This document shows, one piece after another, positions 43,051 to 53,548 of a DNA stretch of 64,000 nt (the stretch's first letter is position 1; the number at the start of each line of letters is the position of its first letter). Location of the stretch: the NCBI GenBank assembly GCA_002311855.1, contig DCAB01000012.1, positions 42,523-106,522 of the forward strand. The letters are read 5' to 3'. The DNA comes from Candidatus Dadabacteria bacterium UBA1144. Lineage in GTDB: Bacteria > Desulfobacterota_D > UBA1144. The position numbers and the translations under genes are program-made. Under the pieces are notes generated by a model, which worked only from the letters and a program-made list of their open reading frames with translations, searched no databases and had not been told where the DNA came from.

Positions 43051-43097
43051 GATTATTTATTTTTGGATTACTTAAAGAATTATTTATTTTTGGATTA
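43051..43097. repeat. two 20-nt direct repeats (gATTATTTATTTTTGGATTA), period 27 bp, upstream of the carboxylase operon
   Basis: read directly: 43051-43070 and 43078-43097 are identical at 19/20; end 19 nt before the pccB ATG; a perfect palindrome TTAAGAAgtaTTCTTAA lies at 43031-43047. Confidence 0.8.
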
Positions 43098-43115
43098 TTA
43101 TTTCGTGAGGTTCTT

Positions 43116-44678
43116 ATGGATCAGGACAAGACCATGGAACAAAAAATTGAGTTCCTAGAACAAAAGATTAAAAAAGCTGAGGAAGGTGGTGGTGCTGAAA
43201 GAATCGAAAAGCAGCACGGAAGGGGAAAGCTAACCGCAAGAGAAAGAATACATGCTCTCTTAGACAATGGGTCATTTGTAGAACAAGGAAAATTTGTTGA
43301 ACACCAAAACCATAATTTTGGGATGGAAAAAACAAAAATTATGGGAGACGGTGTGGTAACTGGTTACGGAAAAATAGAGGGGAGACAAGTGTTCGTCTAC
43401 TCCCAAGACTTCACAGTATTTGGAGGTGCTTTGGGACTAGGACATGCAAGGAAGATAACAAAAATAATGGACATGGCAATGCAGGTTGGGTCTCCCGTGA
43501 TAGGTTTATGTGATTCGGGTGGTGCAAGGATCCAAGAAGGTATACGTGGTCTAGCCGGTTACGCAGAAATATTTTTAAGAAATGTGCAAGCTTCTGGTGT
43601 AATTCCACAATTATCAGCGATTATGGGACCATGTGCTGGAGGTGCTGTATATTCTCCCGCTATGACCGACTTTATTGCAATGGTCAAAAATACTAGCTAC
43701 ATGTTTATTACGGGTCCTGATGTAGTAAAAACTGTTACTCACGAGGAAGTAACATCCGAAGAACTTGGGGGGGCTATAGTGCACAGCACACAAAGTGGCG
43801 TAGCTCAATTCGCTGCTGAAAATGACGAAGACTGCTTAAATCTTTTGAGAGAACTCTTTAGTTTTTTACCACTAAATAATATGGAGGATCCTCCAGAAAT
43901 TAAATGCGATGATCCGGCTGATAGAAAAGTTGATAAATTAAGAGATATTGTTGAGGTAAATCCCAATAAGCCTTACGATATGAAAGAAGTAATTAAACCC
44001 ACCGTTGACAACGAATATTTTTTTGAGGTAGCCGAGAATTATGCACAAAATATCGTGGTAGGTTTCGCTAGAATGAATGGCAAAACCGTTGGTATCGTCG
44101 GAAATCAACCCAATGTTTTAGCTGGAGTTCTTGATATTCGGTCTTCAATTAAAGGTGCACGATTTGTCAGATTCTGCGATTGTTTCAACATTCCACTCTT
44201 AACATTTGTCGATGTTCCTGGATTCTTACCTGGAGTTAATCAGGAACTCAATGGAATAATTCTTCATGGAGCCAAGCTTTTATATGCGTATTGCGAAGCA
44301 ACGGTACCACGGGTAACGGTTATAACCAGAAAGGCCTATGGAGGTGCATATGATGTTATGTCCGCCAAGCATATCAGGGGCGATATAAATCTTGCTTTTC
44401 CTACAGCAGAAATTGCTGTTATGGGACCAGATGGTGCAGTTAATATTGTTAACAGAAGAGAGATACAAAATGCTAAGGATCCAATCGCAGAAAAAGAAAG
44501 ATTAGTTGAAGAATATAAAAATCTTTTCGCAAATCCTTATCGAGCAGCCAATCTGGGATTCATCGATGACGTTATCAAGCCTGAAGAAACGAGAAGTAAA
44601 GTAATCAGTGCTTTTGAAATGCTTGAAGGAAAAAGACAAAACAATCCACCAAAAAAACACGGGCTAATTCCTTTATAA
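43116..44678 (+). CDS. pccB: acyl-CoA carboxylase carboxyltransferase subunit (propionyl-CoA carboxylase beta / methylmalonyl-CoA carboxyltransferase family)
   Basis: 520 aa; conserved CT-domain sequence (…[22 protein letters not shown]…, …AYGGAYDVM…). Confidence 0.9.
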   Translation: MDQDKTMEQKIEFLEQKIKKAEEGGGAERIEKQHGRGKLTARERIHALLDNGSFVEQGKFVEHQNHNFGMEKTKIMGDGVVTGYGKIEGRQVFVYSQDFTVFGGALGLGHARKITKIMDMAMQVGSPVIGLCDSGGARIQEGIRGLAGYAEIFLRNVQASGVIPQLSAIMGPCAGGAVYSPAMTDFIAMVKNTSYMFITGPDVVKTVTHEEVTSEELGGAIVHSTQSGVAQFAAENDEDCLNLLRELFSFLPLNNMEDPPEIKCDDPADRKVDKLRDIVEVNPNKPYDMKEVIKPTVDNEYFFEVAENYAQNIVVGFARMNGKTVGIVGNQPNVLAGVLDIRSSIKGARFVRFCDCFNIPLLTFVDVPGFLPGVNQELNGIILHGAKLLYAYCEATVPRVTVITRKAYGGAYDVMSAKHIRGDINLAFPTAEIAVMGPDGAVNIVNRREIQNAKDPIAEKERLVEEYKNLFANPYRAANLGFIDDVIKPEETRSKVISAFEMLEGKRQNNPPKKHGLIPL

Positions 44679-44697
44679 ATATATTTGGAGATTCTTT

Positions 44698-46194
44698 ATG
44701 TATAAAAAAGTTCTAATAGCTAACCGTGGAGAAATCGCAGTAAGAATAGTAAGGGCATGTAAGGAACTTGGAATTAGAACTGTCGCCGTTTTTTCTGATG
44801 CTGATAGGAATTCATTACACGTTAATCTCTCTGATGAATCCTTCAACATTGGAAAATCTTTGCCTAGCGAAAGCTACTTGGTTAGTGCCAAAATTATTGA
44901 AGTTGCTAAAAAATCTAAATGTGATGCTATTCATCCGGGATATGGATTTTTATCTGAGAATGCAGATTTTGCAAAAACATGCATGAAAAACAAAATAGAT
45001 TTTATCGGCCCCAGCCCAGAATCAATAAGGCTAATGGGAGATAAAATTACATCTAGAGAAATCGCAAAAGCTGCGAGGGTTCCTTTGGTCCCAGGTACGG
45101 ATGGCGAAGTAAATGACAATGAAGCTTTGGATGTAGCCAAAAAGATTGGTTTTCCACTAATGATTAAAGCTACAGCTGGGGGTGGTGGTAAGGGAATGAG
45201 ATTAGTTCAGAAAGAAGAGGATTTTGAAAGCTCATTAAGAATGGCTAAGAGCGAAGCACAATCTGCCTTTAATAATGATGTGGTATTTATTGAAAAATTT
45301 ATAGAAAAACCAAGACATATTGAAATTCAGGTTCTTGGGGACAAGAAAGGAAATGTCGTACATTTATTCGAAAGAGAATGTTCAATCCAAAGAAGACATC
45401 AGAAGGTTGTGGAAGAAGCACCATCACCTGGCGTCAGTGAAAAAACAAGACAAAAAATGGGCAAGATAGCAGTAAGGCTTGCAAAAAAAGTATCTTATTA
45501 CGGAGCAGGAACTGTCGAATTCATCATGGATCAGAAAGAAAACTTTTATTTTCTTGAAATGAATACAAGAGTTCAAGTCGAGCACCCGATTACGGAAATG
45601 ATAACAGGGATCGATATAGTAAAAGAAATGATAAAGATATCTTGCGGTAATAAATTAAGTTTTAAGCAAGCCGACATCTCAAGAAAAGGACATGCAATTG
45701 AATGCAGAGTTTGTGCTGAAGATCCCGCTAATAATTTTCTGCCAACCCCCGGAATTATTACTTATGTCAAATCACCCCAAGGTCCGGGAGTAAGAGAGGA
45801 CTCATCCCTTTTTAATGGCTATGAAGTAACAACTTTTTATGATCCAATGTTATCTAAAATTATTGTTTGGAGCCATGATAGACACGATGCAATTAGGAGA
45901 ATGAGCAGAGCATTGTCTGAATATATCGTTCTTGGAGTTAAAACAAACATCGGCTTCTTGATCAGGTTGATGGACAATAAGGATTTTATTTCTGGGAAAT
46001 TAGACACGGGCTTCATTGAAGAGCACAAAAAATTACTGGAAATTCCAAGAGAGAGCAAGAATTTGGCTTTAGTTGGTTCAGCAATCGTATTACATACATT
46101 TAATGGCTTTGAGAATAGAGGAAGGAATTCAAAATTGAAGCCTTGGAAATATACAGCAAGGCGCTCTAGCCTATCGAATAATTCTTTATCTTAG
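44698..46194 (+). CDS. biotin carboxylase subunit of acyl-CoA carboxylase
   Basis: 498 aa; ATP-grasp BC sequence (MYKKVLIANRGEIAVRIVRAC..., ...EMNTRVQVEHPITE...); no fused BCCP domain. Confidence 0.9.
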   Translation: MYKKVLIANRGEIAVRIVRACKELGIRTVAVFSDADRNSLHVNLSDESFNIGKSLPSESYLVSAKIIEVAKKSKCDAIHPGYGFLSENADFAKTCMKNKIDFIGPSPESIRLMGDKITSREIAKAARVPLVPGTDGEVNDNEALDVAKKIGFPLMIKATAGGGGKGMRLVQKEEDFESSLRMAKSEAQSAFNNDVVFIEKFIEKPRHIEIQVLGDKKGNVVHLFERECSIQRRHQKVVEEAPSPGVSEKTRQKMGKIAVRLAKKVSYYGAGTVEFIMDQKENFYFLEMNTRVQVEHPITEMITGIDIVKEMIKISCGNKLSFKQADISRKGHAIECRVCAEDPANNFLPTPGIITYVKSPQGPGVREDSSLFNGYEVTTFYDPMLSKIIVWSHDRHDAIRRMSRALSEYIVLGVKTNIGFLIRLMDNKDFISGKLDTGFIEEHKKLLEIPRESKNLALVGSAIVLHTFNGFENRGRNSKLKPWKYTARRSSLSNNSLS

Positions 46195-46196
46195 AA

Positions 46197-46706
46197 ATGA
46201 AATATGATTTAAAAATTGATAACAAGCTAATATCATTTACTCTGGAGGAAAAGAATGAAAATTACCACATTGTCCTTGATCAAAAAAACTACAAGGCCGA
46301 TTTAATTAGAGTAGATTCTAATCTTTATTCTCTCATAGTTGACGGATCAACTTTTAACATTGCAATTTCTAAAAAAGGAAGAGAAATACAGGTTTATCAC
46401 AAAGGAGACTTCTTTACATTTGAGATACCTTCGCAGAGGGAACGAGGTTCTTTTGAAAATTCATCCGGGATAGATAAAATTAATGCCCCGATGCCTGGTA
46501 GAGTCGTAAAAATTCTAAAAAACATTGGCGATATCGTTACTGAAGGGGAGGGACTAATCGTTGTAGAAGCAATGAAAATGGAAAGTGAGCTTAAGACGAG
46601 CATAGCAGGCAAAGTAACGGAGATAAAAATAAAAGATGGAGATACAGTTGAGCTTGGTGAGCACTTGATCACTATCGAATCTGTTGAGAGCAAAGAAGAG
46701 CCTTAA
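46197..46706 (+). CDS. biotin carboxyl carrier protein (biotinyl domain)
   Basis: 169 aa; biotinylation motif EAMKME near the C-terminus. Confidence 0.85.
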   Translation: MKYDLKIDNKLISFTLEEKNENYHIVLDQKNYKADLIRVDSNLYSLIVDGSTFNIAISKKGREIQVYHKGDFFTFEIPSQRERGSFENSSGIDKINAPMPGRVVKILKNIGDIVTEGEGLIVVEAMKMESELKTSIAGKVTEIKIKDGDTVELGEHLITIESVESKEEP

Positions 46707-46709
46707 GTT

Positions 46710-48266
46710 TTGAAAATTAAGAAAGCTTTTTTATTTTTATTCTTATTTTGTATTTTATTTAATTTATCTTATTCCGAAGATCTACCAACAATAAGAATTA
46801 ACATTAGCAATGAACCACCGACTTTAGATTGGAACCTAGCGACCGATAGTACATCTTTTCAAATAATAAATAATATAATGGGTGGGCTCACAAGAATTAA
46901 CAATGAGAATAAAATTGAAGCAAATTTGGCCAAATCATGGGAAATAGATCAATCAGGAAAAAAGATTACTATAAAGATAAAAAAAGTCTATTGGAACGAT
47001 GGAGAAGAATTAATAGCCCAACATTTTGTAGATTCTTGGGAAAGATTACTTAATCCAGAAACTGCTGCAGACTATGCGTACTTCTTGTATGATATTAAAA
47101 ATGCAAAAGAGTATAATTTAGGAAAAATTTCTGACTTTAATTTGGTTGGAGTAAAAGCTTTAGATTCTAAAACTCTTGAAATCATTTTGACTGGAAGAAA
47201 ATCTTATTTTGTAAGTCTACTAAGTTTCATGTCCACTTTTCCAATCCGAAAAGACGTAATAAAAAAATATAATGAAAAATGGATTGAGGCTGAAAACATA
47301 GTAACGCTTGGGAATTACTCTCTAGCCAGATGGGAGAATCATAATTTTATTTTGCTAGAACCACGCAATATATCCAAACCGAAAATTATGCTCATCATGA
47401 ATAACAATCCGACATCAACTTTGGCCATGTTTGAAAATGGAAAATTGGATATTGTTGATGGTAGCGGTATTCCCCTTTTAGAAATACCTTATTTAAAAAA
47501 AGCAGGCGTTCTAAAAACGATGCCAAGTTTTAGAAATAATTACATAGGATTCAATGTCAATAAACCTCCTTTTGATGACAAAATGACCAGAATGATTTTC
47601 GCACGCGTAATAAATAAGCGAATTTTTACACAGATTCTTCATACGGTAAGGCCTACAAATTTTTGGCCACCAAATACTATTCCTCCAATATATAGAGATA
47701 ATCATTATCTTTGGTATGAGGATTCCATTCAAATAGGGAATATGTACCTTGACTCGATTGGATATGAGAATAGAAAAACATTCCCAAATGTTAAACTTCT
47801 TTATCCCGAATCTGGAAACAATAGGATTATTGCTGAAATACTTCAAAATATTTGGTATGAAACCCTTGGAATCATGGTAGAAATAGAAGGATTAGAGTGG
47901 AAAATATATTTAAGCAGTCTTGATAATGATAGACCACATATGTTCAGAGGTAGCTGGATTGCAGACTATCCTCATGCTCACAATTTCATGAATTTATTTA
48001 CTTGTAACAGCGGAAACAATGAGACAGGATGGTGCAACGAAGAATACGATAAGTTAATCAAGTTTGCATCAGAAAATTACAATACAGAAGAAAGCCAAAA
48101 TCTCTATGAACAAGCCGACGAGATTCTTTTTATGGAGCATCCGATTATTCCGCTTTTTTACTCAGATCAGATTTACCTTCAAAGCGAAAGAATAGATAAT
48201 GCAGGATTTACAAGTATGGGAATAATAGATTTTAATAAAATAATTCTAAAAGAGTCTAAGAATTAA
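46710..48266 (+). CDS. ABC transporter substrate-binding protein, family 5 (peptide/nickel, OppA/DppA-like)
   Basis: 518 aa; TTG start; signal peptide; SBP-family-5 pattern; no cognate permease or ATPase adjacent. Confidence 0.78.
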   Translation: MKIKKAFLFLFLFCILFNLSYSEDLPTIRINISNEPPTLDWNLATDSTSFQIINNIMGGLTRINNENKIEANLAKSWEIDQSGKKITIKIKKVYWNDGEELIAQHFVDSWERLLNPETAADYAYFLYDIKNAKEYNLGKISDFNLVGVKALDSKTLEIILTGRKSYFVSLLSFMSTFPIRKDVIKKYNEKWIEAENIVTLGNYSLARWENHNFILLEPRNISKPKIMLIMNNNPTSTLAMFENGKLDIVDGSGIPLLEIPYLKKAGVLKTMPSFRNNYIGFNVNKPPFDDKMTRMIFARVINKRIFTQILHTVRPTNFWPPNTIPPIYRDNHYLWYEDSIQIGNMYLDSIGYENRKTFPNVKLLYPESGNNRIIAEILQNIWYETLGIMVEIEGLEWKIYLSSLDNDRPHMFRGSWIADYPHAHNFMNLFTCNSGNNETGWCNEEYDKLIKFASENYNTEESQNLYEQADEILFMEHPIIPLFYSDQIYLQSERIDNAGFTSMGIIDFNKIILKESKN

Positions 48267-49308
48267 AATAAGGGATTATTTCTTTTGCGTATGTTTCCAT
48301 AGCTTTATCAGCATCGGGGCTAAAATAGTGGAATAAAACAAAATGCTTAACGCCCTTGTCTACGTATCTCTCTATTTTTTTAATACAATCATTCTTTGAT
48401 CCAGTAATAGTAAAATCAATTACGGCTTCCCTAGGAAAATATTGTCCCATATCCCTAAATTTTTGTTTTCTATCCTCATCGGTGGGAGTAATGTTAAAAT
48501 AATTTAAACCTTTGTATTCATCAGGAATATCGATATCGTATCCAGCTTTTTTCAACTGGTCTTGCATAATGCACACATACCTGAAAGGCTCAAGTGTTTT
48601 ATAGGCATCGTCTTCATTTTTACCTAATGATGTAAACACCCACAAGGTCGAGTCAACATCATCAATTGTGCGCCCAGCATCAACCGCAGAAGATTCAATT
48701 TTGTCTAACGATTCTTTGTACAAATCAGGTGTTAAATCTATTGGCATCCATCCATTTCCAATCCTACCGGTAAGATCTAAACCCTTATCCGTGTGAGTAG
48801 CAAAATAGAAAGGAACGCTTTCTTTGTCTTCGTAGAGATTGAGCAACAAAGAGGCTTTTTCCATATTAAAGAACTCGCCTTTATAGTTCACCGTTTCTTT
48901 GGTGGACCAAAGTAGTTTCATCACATCAATAGATTCGGTCATTCTTTGAAAAGGTTTATCCCAAGGAATACCATATGCATCTAGGTTCATAGATTCACCG
49001 ACTCCTAGTGCAAGTGCAACTCTCCCCTTAGAAAGATGGTCGACAGTGGCAAGTCGCTGAGCAAGAACTGCCGGGTGGTTTCGATGAGGATCAGAGGTTG
49101 CTCCTATGGTAATATTTTTTGTTTTTACGGCAATGGCTGCAGCGATTGTCCATGCTTCAAATGCTGGATGCGGTGATATAAATGACAAATGATCAGGAAG
49201 CCACAAACTATCGAATCCCAACTTGTCAGCCTTAACAGAAAAGTCAACTAATCCGTCTGCATCTGCACCAGGCATTGGAGGAACCAACCCAAATTTAATT
49301 TTGCTCAT
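48256..49308 (-). CDS. LLM-class (luciferase-like) flavin-dependent oxidoreductase
   Basis: 350 aa; TIM-barrel LLM pattern ...GFDSLWLPDH...; overlaps the convergent SBP stop by 11 nt. Confidence 0.78.
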   Translation of the reverse strand: MSKIKFGLVPPMPGADADGLVDFSVKADKLGFDSLWLPDHLSFISPHPAFEAWTIAAAIAVKTKNITIGATSDPHRNHPAVLAQRLATVDHLSKGRVALALGVGESMNLDAYGIPWDKPFQRMTESIDVMKLLWSTKETVNYKGEFFNMEKASLLLNLYEDKESVPFYFATHTDKGLDLTGRIGNGWMPIDLTPDLYKESLDKIESSAVDAGRTIDDVDSTLWVFTSLGKNEDDAYKTLEPFRYVCIMQDQLKKAGYDIDIPDEYKGLNYFNITPTDEDRKQKFRDMGQYFPREAVIDFTITGSKNDCIKKIERYVDKGVKHFVLFHYFSPDADKAMETYAKEIIPYFNS

Positions 49309-49359
49309 ATCTTGTAACTACCCATCCTCAGTATTCTTATTGTATCAAAATAGCCTAAT

Positions 49360-50490
49360 TTATTCTAGAAAGCTTTTTAGAACTTCTTCCGCATCAGATT
49401 TTGCTAATTTTTCTAAAGCTTTTTTCTCTATCTGCCTAATTCTTTCCCTAGTTAAGTCAAATTTTTTTCCAATTTCATCAAGAGTATAGGTACTTTGCAG
49501 ATCAATTCCAAATCTCATTTTGATAATTTCTTCTTCTCGAGGCGTAAGAGCTTTTAATGCGCCTCTTATATGGTTAGTTAAAGAGCTTTCAGCAACTATA
49601 GTATCAGGGACAGGTGAGCCTTCATCTGGAATAAAATCAAGCAAGGTAGCTTTTTCTCCATCAAAGACGGGAGTATCTAATTGCACAACTTCATTTGTTG
49701 ATTCTAGTATTCTCTTAACACCATCTAGTGAAATTCCGACTTTTTCCGCGATTTCTAGAGGAGTTGGCTTCCTCCCAAGATCTTTCTGTAACGCATTACT
49801 TGCTTTAAAGACCTTACTGGCTTGTTCTAAAACATAAACGGGGACCCTAATAGTTCTTGTTTGATCTAAAAGTGCTCGTGAAATAGCTTGATGAATCCAC
49901 CAAGAAGCATAAGTAGAAAATTTAAATCCTTTGGTATGGTCAAATCTTTCTACGGCTCTCATCAAACCCACATTTCCTTCCTGGATTAAATCCTGCAAAG
50001 CTAGACCTCTACCTATATATCTTTTTGCAATACTAACAACGAGTCTTAAATTTGCTTTAACAAATCTTTCCTTTAACGTATTAGCCAAATTAGTATAAGC
50101 ACTGATGTATGCTTCTATTTCGGCAATTCTTTTTCTGCGGCCACCTTTTAATGCTAATAATTTTCTCTGTTGAGTTGGAGTAATTTTTGAAGATCGAACT
50201 CGGTCAAGTAGCTCCTGAAGATTCGCCGCATGTAATTCAGACTTCTTGATTTTTGAAGAAACTTCAACTTCTTGCTTTGACTTCAATAAAGGCTCTAAAG
50301 ACATATCTTTGAAATACACATACAACAATCTATATTGCTCATCTGGAACCCAATCTTTTTTCTTATTTTGTGCTTTAATATTTTTTCTGAGAGTCGCTTT
50401 TTGATATTCTTCTAGTAGGGTTTTATCGTCTATATCACTGGCTGTAGGTTCTAAATCAGAACTATAGTTTTCATTCTCATCCGCACTCAT
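49360..50490 (-). CDS. rpoD: RNA polymerase sigma-70 factor (primary-like, short form)
   Basis: 376 aa; region 2 ...[41 protein letters not shown]; region 4 ...[28 protein letters not shown]. Confidence 0.9.
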   Translation of the reverse strand: MSADENENYSSDLEPTASDIDDKTLLEEYQKATLRKNIKAQNKKKDWVPDEQYRLLYVYFKDMSLEPLLKSKQEVEVSSKIKKSELHAANLQELLDRVRSSKITPTQQRKLLALKGGRRKRIAEIEAYISAYTNLANTLKERFVKANLRLVVSIAKRYIGRGLALQDLIQEGNVGLMRAVERFDHTKGFKFSTYASWWIHQAISRALLDQTRTIRVPVYVLEQASKVFKASNALQKDLGRKPTPLEIAEKVGISLDGVKRILESTNEVVQLDTPVFDGEKATLLDFIPDEGSPVPDTIVAESSLTNHIRGALKALTPREEEIIKMRFGIDLQSTYTLDEIGKKFDLTRERIRQIEKKALEKLAKSDAEEVLKSFLE

Positions 50491-50568
50491 AATATGATAT
50501 CCTGTAAGCTTTAACGTATTTCAAGCGAACCAATTATACTACTTTTAGATAGATAAGTGAAGTGAAAG

Positions 50569-50639
50569 CTGGCCCGGAAGGGATCGAACCTCCATTGCTT
50601 GGACCAAAACCAAGAGTCCTGCCTTTAGACGACGGGCCA
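50569..50639 (-). tRNA. tRNA-Gln (anticodon UUG)
   Basis: 71-nt cloverleaf folded by hand on the minus strand: U1-A72 acceptor pair as in bacterial tRNA-Gln, anticodon stem CUUGG/CCAAG with loop UUUUGGU, T-arm GGAGG-UUCGAUC-CCUUC. Confidence 0.78.
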
Positions 50640-50671
50640 ATTCGTAGATGATACAGAAAAATAAAACAAAT

Positions 50672-51544
50672 TCAATCAATCAAAAAACGCCATCCTTCAA
50701 TTGAATTTACTGTAAAAGCTTTTATATTCATGGATGATTCAAGGTACTTTTCCGCTTCTTCAGTATCAAATCCATCTTCTAATACGCTAAATATAGTCGA
50801 CCCACTTCCAGATATAGAATAATTGTTAAGTTCTAACTCGTCCAAAATCTTAAAAATCTCTTTATATTCTTTGTGCCTTTCGATTAAAAGAGGAAGAAAA
50901 TCATTTCTTAAATACACCGTTTTTTTATCAAAAGAAATCTTTTTCGTTTCTATACTTTTGTTGTAGTTTTTGATCTTAAGTTTTTCCTGATCCCATAAAC
51001 TATAAAGACTTTTAGTTGATGATCCAAATCCGGGAAATATAAGAAGATATTTTGTTTTTGCAGGATTTTCTATAATCTCAACAATTTCTCCTTTGCCAGA
51101 AATTCTAGCCGTTTTTGAATAGAGAAAAAAAGGTACGTCGGATCCTAGTTCCTTTCCGATTGATAATAATCCTTTAAAATCATCTATGCCAAAGATTTTT
51201 GATAGTCCTAAAAGTGTAGCCGCAGCATTACTGCTACCACCTCCCATCCCTGATTCAAGAGGAATCTTTTTCTTGACAGTTATTTTTATTGCCTGACTAA
51301 TTTGGAAATATTCATAAAAGGATTTTGCCGCTTTAATAATCAAATTATCGTCATAGGATATCGTCTTGTCAGGAAAATCTAAATCTATTAGCTTAGAACT
51401 ATTCGTATTCTCGATTAATAGAGTATCTTGTAACCCAATTGGTTGAATCAATGAACTGATATCGTGATAACCATCAGCTCTTTTGCCTTTGATAATCAAA
51501 TCTAGATTTATTTTTCCAGAGGACAGGATTTCGATTTTGCTCAT
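50672..51544 (-). CDS. ispE: 4-diphosphocytidyl-2-C-methyl-D-erythritol kinase
   Basis: 290 aa; GHMP-kinase motif PLESGMGGGSSNAAA; INLDLIIKGKRADGYH N-terminus. Confidence 0.9.
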   Translation of the reverse strand: MSKIEILSSGKINLDLIIKGKRADGYHDISSLIQPIGLQDTLLIENTNSSKLIDLDFPDKTISYDDNLIIKAAKSFYEYFQISQAIKITVKKKIPLESGMGGGSSNAAATLLGLSKIFGIDDFKGLLSIGKELGSDVPFFLYSKTARISGKGEIVEIIENPAKTKYLLIFPGFGSSTKSLYSLWDQEKLKIKNYNKSIETKKISFDKKTVYLRNDFLPLLIERHKEYKEIFKILDELELNNYSISGSGSTIFSVLEDGFDTEEAEKYLESSMNIKAFTVNSIEGWRFLID

Positions 51545-51551
51545 TTTTAAT

Positions 51552-51848
51552 TTAGCTGGCGCAATCTACCGTCATATATTTAGATTCTTTTATTAATTTT
51601 GGAGAGGGTTTTTTATGTTTCTTCTGGTACGCTATTTCTTCATCATCAACGAGATTATTCACACCTCTAATGTAACATTCGCAAAAAGCATTATATCCAC
51701 TTTTAGTCATTCTGCTTGATTTGAACATTGTTTTGTCATTTTGACATTGTTTAATACCATAATTTATTTGATTCTCACTTGGCATACTGAATAAAACAGC
51801 CGTAAATAACAAGCTCGGGAACAGAATCACAAAAAAAATCCCATACAA
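51552..51848 (-). CDS. small hypothetical secreted/membrane-anchored Cys-containing protein
   Basis: 98 aa; N-terminal hydrophobic signal/anchor; 4 Cys (CQ..., FCECY, VDCAS); no recognised family. Confidence 0.4.
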   Translation of the reverse strand: MYGIFFVILFPSLLFTAVLFSMPSENQINYGIKQCQNDKTMFKSSRMTKSGYNAFCECYIRGVNNLVDDEEIAYQKKHKKPSPKLIKESKYMTVDCAS

Positions 51849-51917
51849 TCATTGTATCAAAAATTCAGGCTAGTTATTTAAGTATTTTATTAAACTAGTT
51901 GCCTGAATCGAAAATAC

Positions 51918-51945
51918 GGAGATACCCTGTTCTAGTGGTCTCTCC
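51918..51945. repeat. GC-rich inverted repeat (GGAGAtACC-N10-GGtCTCTCC) in the divergent intergenic region upstream of hemL
   Basis: read directly; 9-bp arms with 1 mismatch; stands out in an AT-rich spacer. Confidence 0.4.
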
Positions 51946-52048
51946 TTGGATTATAATTGTTAATTTTATATATATTAAAAAATAATTAAAGAAAAGATAG
52001 CGTTTTGTGACACTTGACAACTTATTAATTATCATTTTTGTTTAACAT

Positions 52049-53347
52049 GTGGGTCATTCAACCAGTAAGTCCGAAGTTCTTTTCGAATTAGCATGCAAAG
52101 TAATACCCGGGGGTGTTAACAGCCCTGTAAGATCATTCAAAGCTGTGGGGGGTAAGCCAGTATATATAAAAAAGGCAATTGGGCCCTATATGTTTGATGA
52201 AGATCAGAATAAATACATCGACTACATTGCCTCTTTTGGTCCATTAATTTTTGGCCATTCAAATCAAAAAATAATTGATAGTGCATTCGCCGCCATGAAA
52301 GATGGCACTACATTTGGAGCATGTCATAAAAATGAAGTAAAACTCGCTCAATTAATTTCTCAGACAATCCCATCAATGGAAATGTTAAGGTTAACTAACT
52401 CTGGTACTGAAGCCACTATGAGTTGTATTAGACTTGCAAGAGGCTTTACAAAAAGAGATAAGATAATCAAGTTCGAAGGCTGCTATCATGGTCATGCCGA
52501 TTATCTCCTCGTAAAGGCAGGTTCTGGTTTGTCAACATTCGGATCCCCATCATCACCTGGCGTACCAGATGAGTTTGTGAAAAATACACTTGTGGCAAGA
52601 TTTAACGATATTGACAGCGTAGAAGAAATATTTAAGAAAAATGCAAATTCAGTAGCAGCAATAATTTTAGAACCGGTTCCAGCCAATATGGGTTTGGTCT
52701 TACCAGATGAGAAGTTTTTAAACAAGTTAATAGATCTAGCTCATTCAAATAAAACATTAGTCATTTTCGATGAAGTTGTTTCTGGCTATAGATTGTCTTT
52801 AGGTGGTGCTCAGAAAGTTTTTAATGTTAGACCTGATATGACTTGCATAGGAAAAATAATTGGAGGAGGTTTTCCGGTTGGAGCATTTGGGGGCAAGAAA
52901 GAAATAATGTCAATGTTATCGCCAACAGGTCCTGTATATCAAGCTGGAACATTATCTGGCAATCCTGTTGCTGTTGCGGGTGGAATAAGAACGATTGAAC
53001 TATTAATAGAATCAAATCCTAAGATTTATATAGATTTAGAAAAAAAAGCAAGATATATAAAGGAGGGTTTTGAGAGTGAAAAAATTAATTTTATCAACAT
53101 AAATCAATTTGGCTCTATGTTAACGTTTTTTTTCACCAAGAAAAAATCTATACGAAATTATTCTGACGTTTTATCCTGTGACACAAATTTATATGGGAAA
53201 TTTTTTAGTTCGTTGTTATCTAGCGGGGTAATGCTTCCTCCCTCTCAATTCGAAACAATGTTTGTTTCAACAGCACATTCATATGAAGATTTAGATTATA
53301 CTATTGCTAAGAGTATAGAGTCTGCCAAAAAGATAGGAAGTGAATAA
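52049..53347 (+). CDS. hemL: glutamate-1-semialdehyde 2,1-aminomutase
   Basis: 432 aa; LFELACKVIPGGVNSPVRSFKAVGG N-terminus; PLP-lysine region. Confidence 0.95.
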   Translation: MGHSTSKSEVLFELACKVIPGGVNSPVRSFKAVGGKPVYIKKAIGPYMFDEDQNKYIDYIASFGPLIFGHSNQKIIDSAFAAMKDGTTFGACHKNEVKLAQLISQTIPSMEMLRLTNSGTEATMSCIRLARGFTKRDKIIKFEGCYHGHADYLLVKAGSGLSTFGSPSSPGVPDEFVKNTLVARFNDIDSVEEIFKKNANSVAAIILEPVPANMGLVLPDEKFLNKLIDLAHSNKTLVIFDEVVSGYRLSLGGAQKVFNVRPDMTCIGKIIGGGFPVGAFGGKKEIMSMLSPTGPVYQAGTLSGNPVAVAGGIRTIELLIESNPKIYIDLEKKARYIKEGFESEKINFININQFGSMLTFFFTKKKSIRNYSDVLSCDTNLYGKFFSSLLSSGVMLPPSQFETMFVSTAHSYEDLDYTIAKSIESAKKIGSE

Positions 53348-53548
53348 TTGGCAAAAAATACTAGCTGGCTTAGATTTATCATTATTAGCACCGAACTTGC
53401 ATTTTGCATACTAGCTGGAATATTTATTGGTAACGAGGTGGATAAATACTTTAATACGGCCCCATTATTTACAATAATTGGTCTAATTGTAGGATCAATC
53501 TCTGGTTTCAGTTTAATGATTAAAATAGTAAAAAGCAAAGACAACTAA
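53348..53548 (+). CDS. AtpZ-like small membrane protein (F0F1-ATPase-associated)
   Basis: 66 aa, 2 TM helices; TTG start abuts the hemL stop; lies directly upstream of atpI-atpB-atpE. Confidence 0.45.
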   Translation: MAKNTSWLRFIIISTELAFCILAGIFIGNEVDKYFNTAPLFTIIGLIVGSISGFSLMIKIVKSKDN

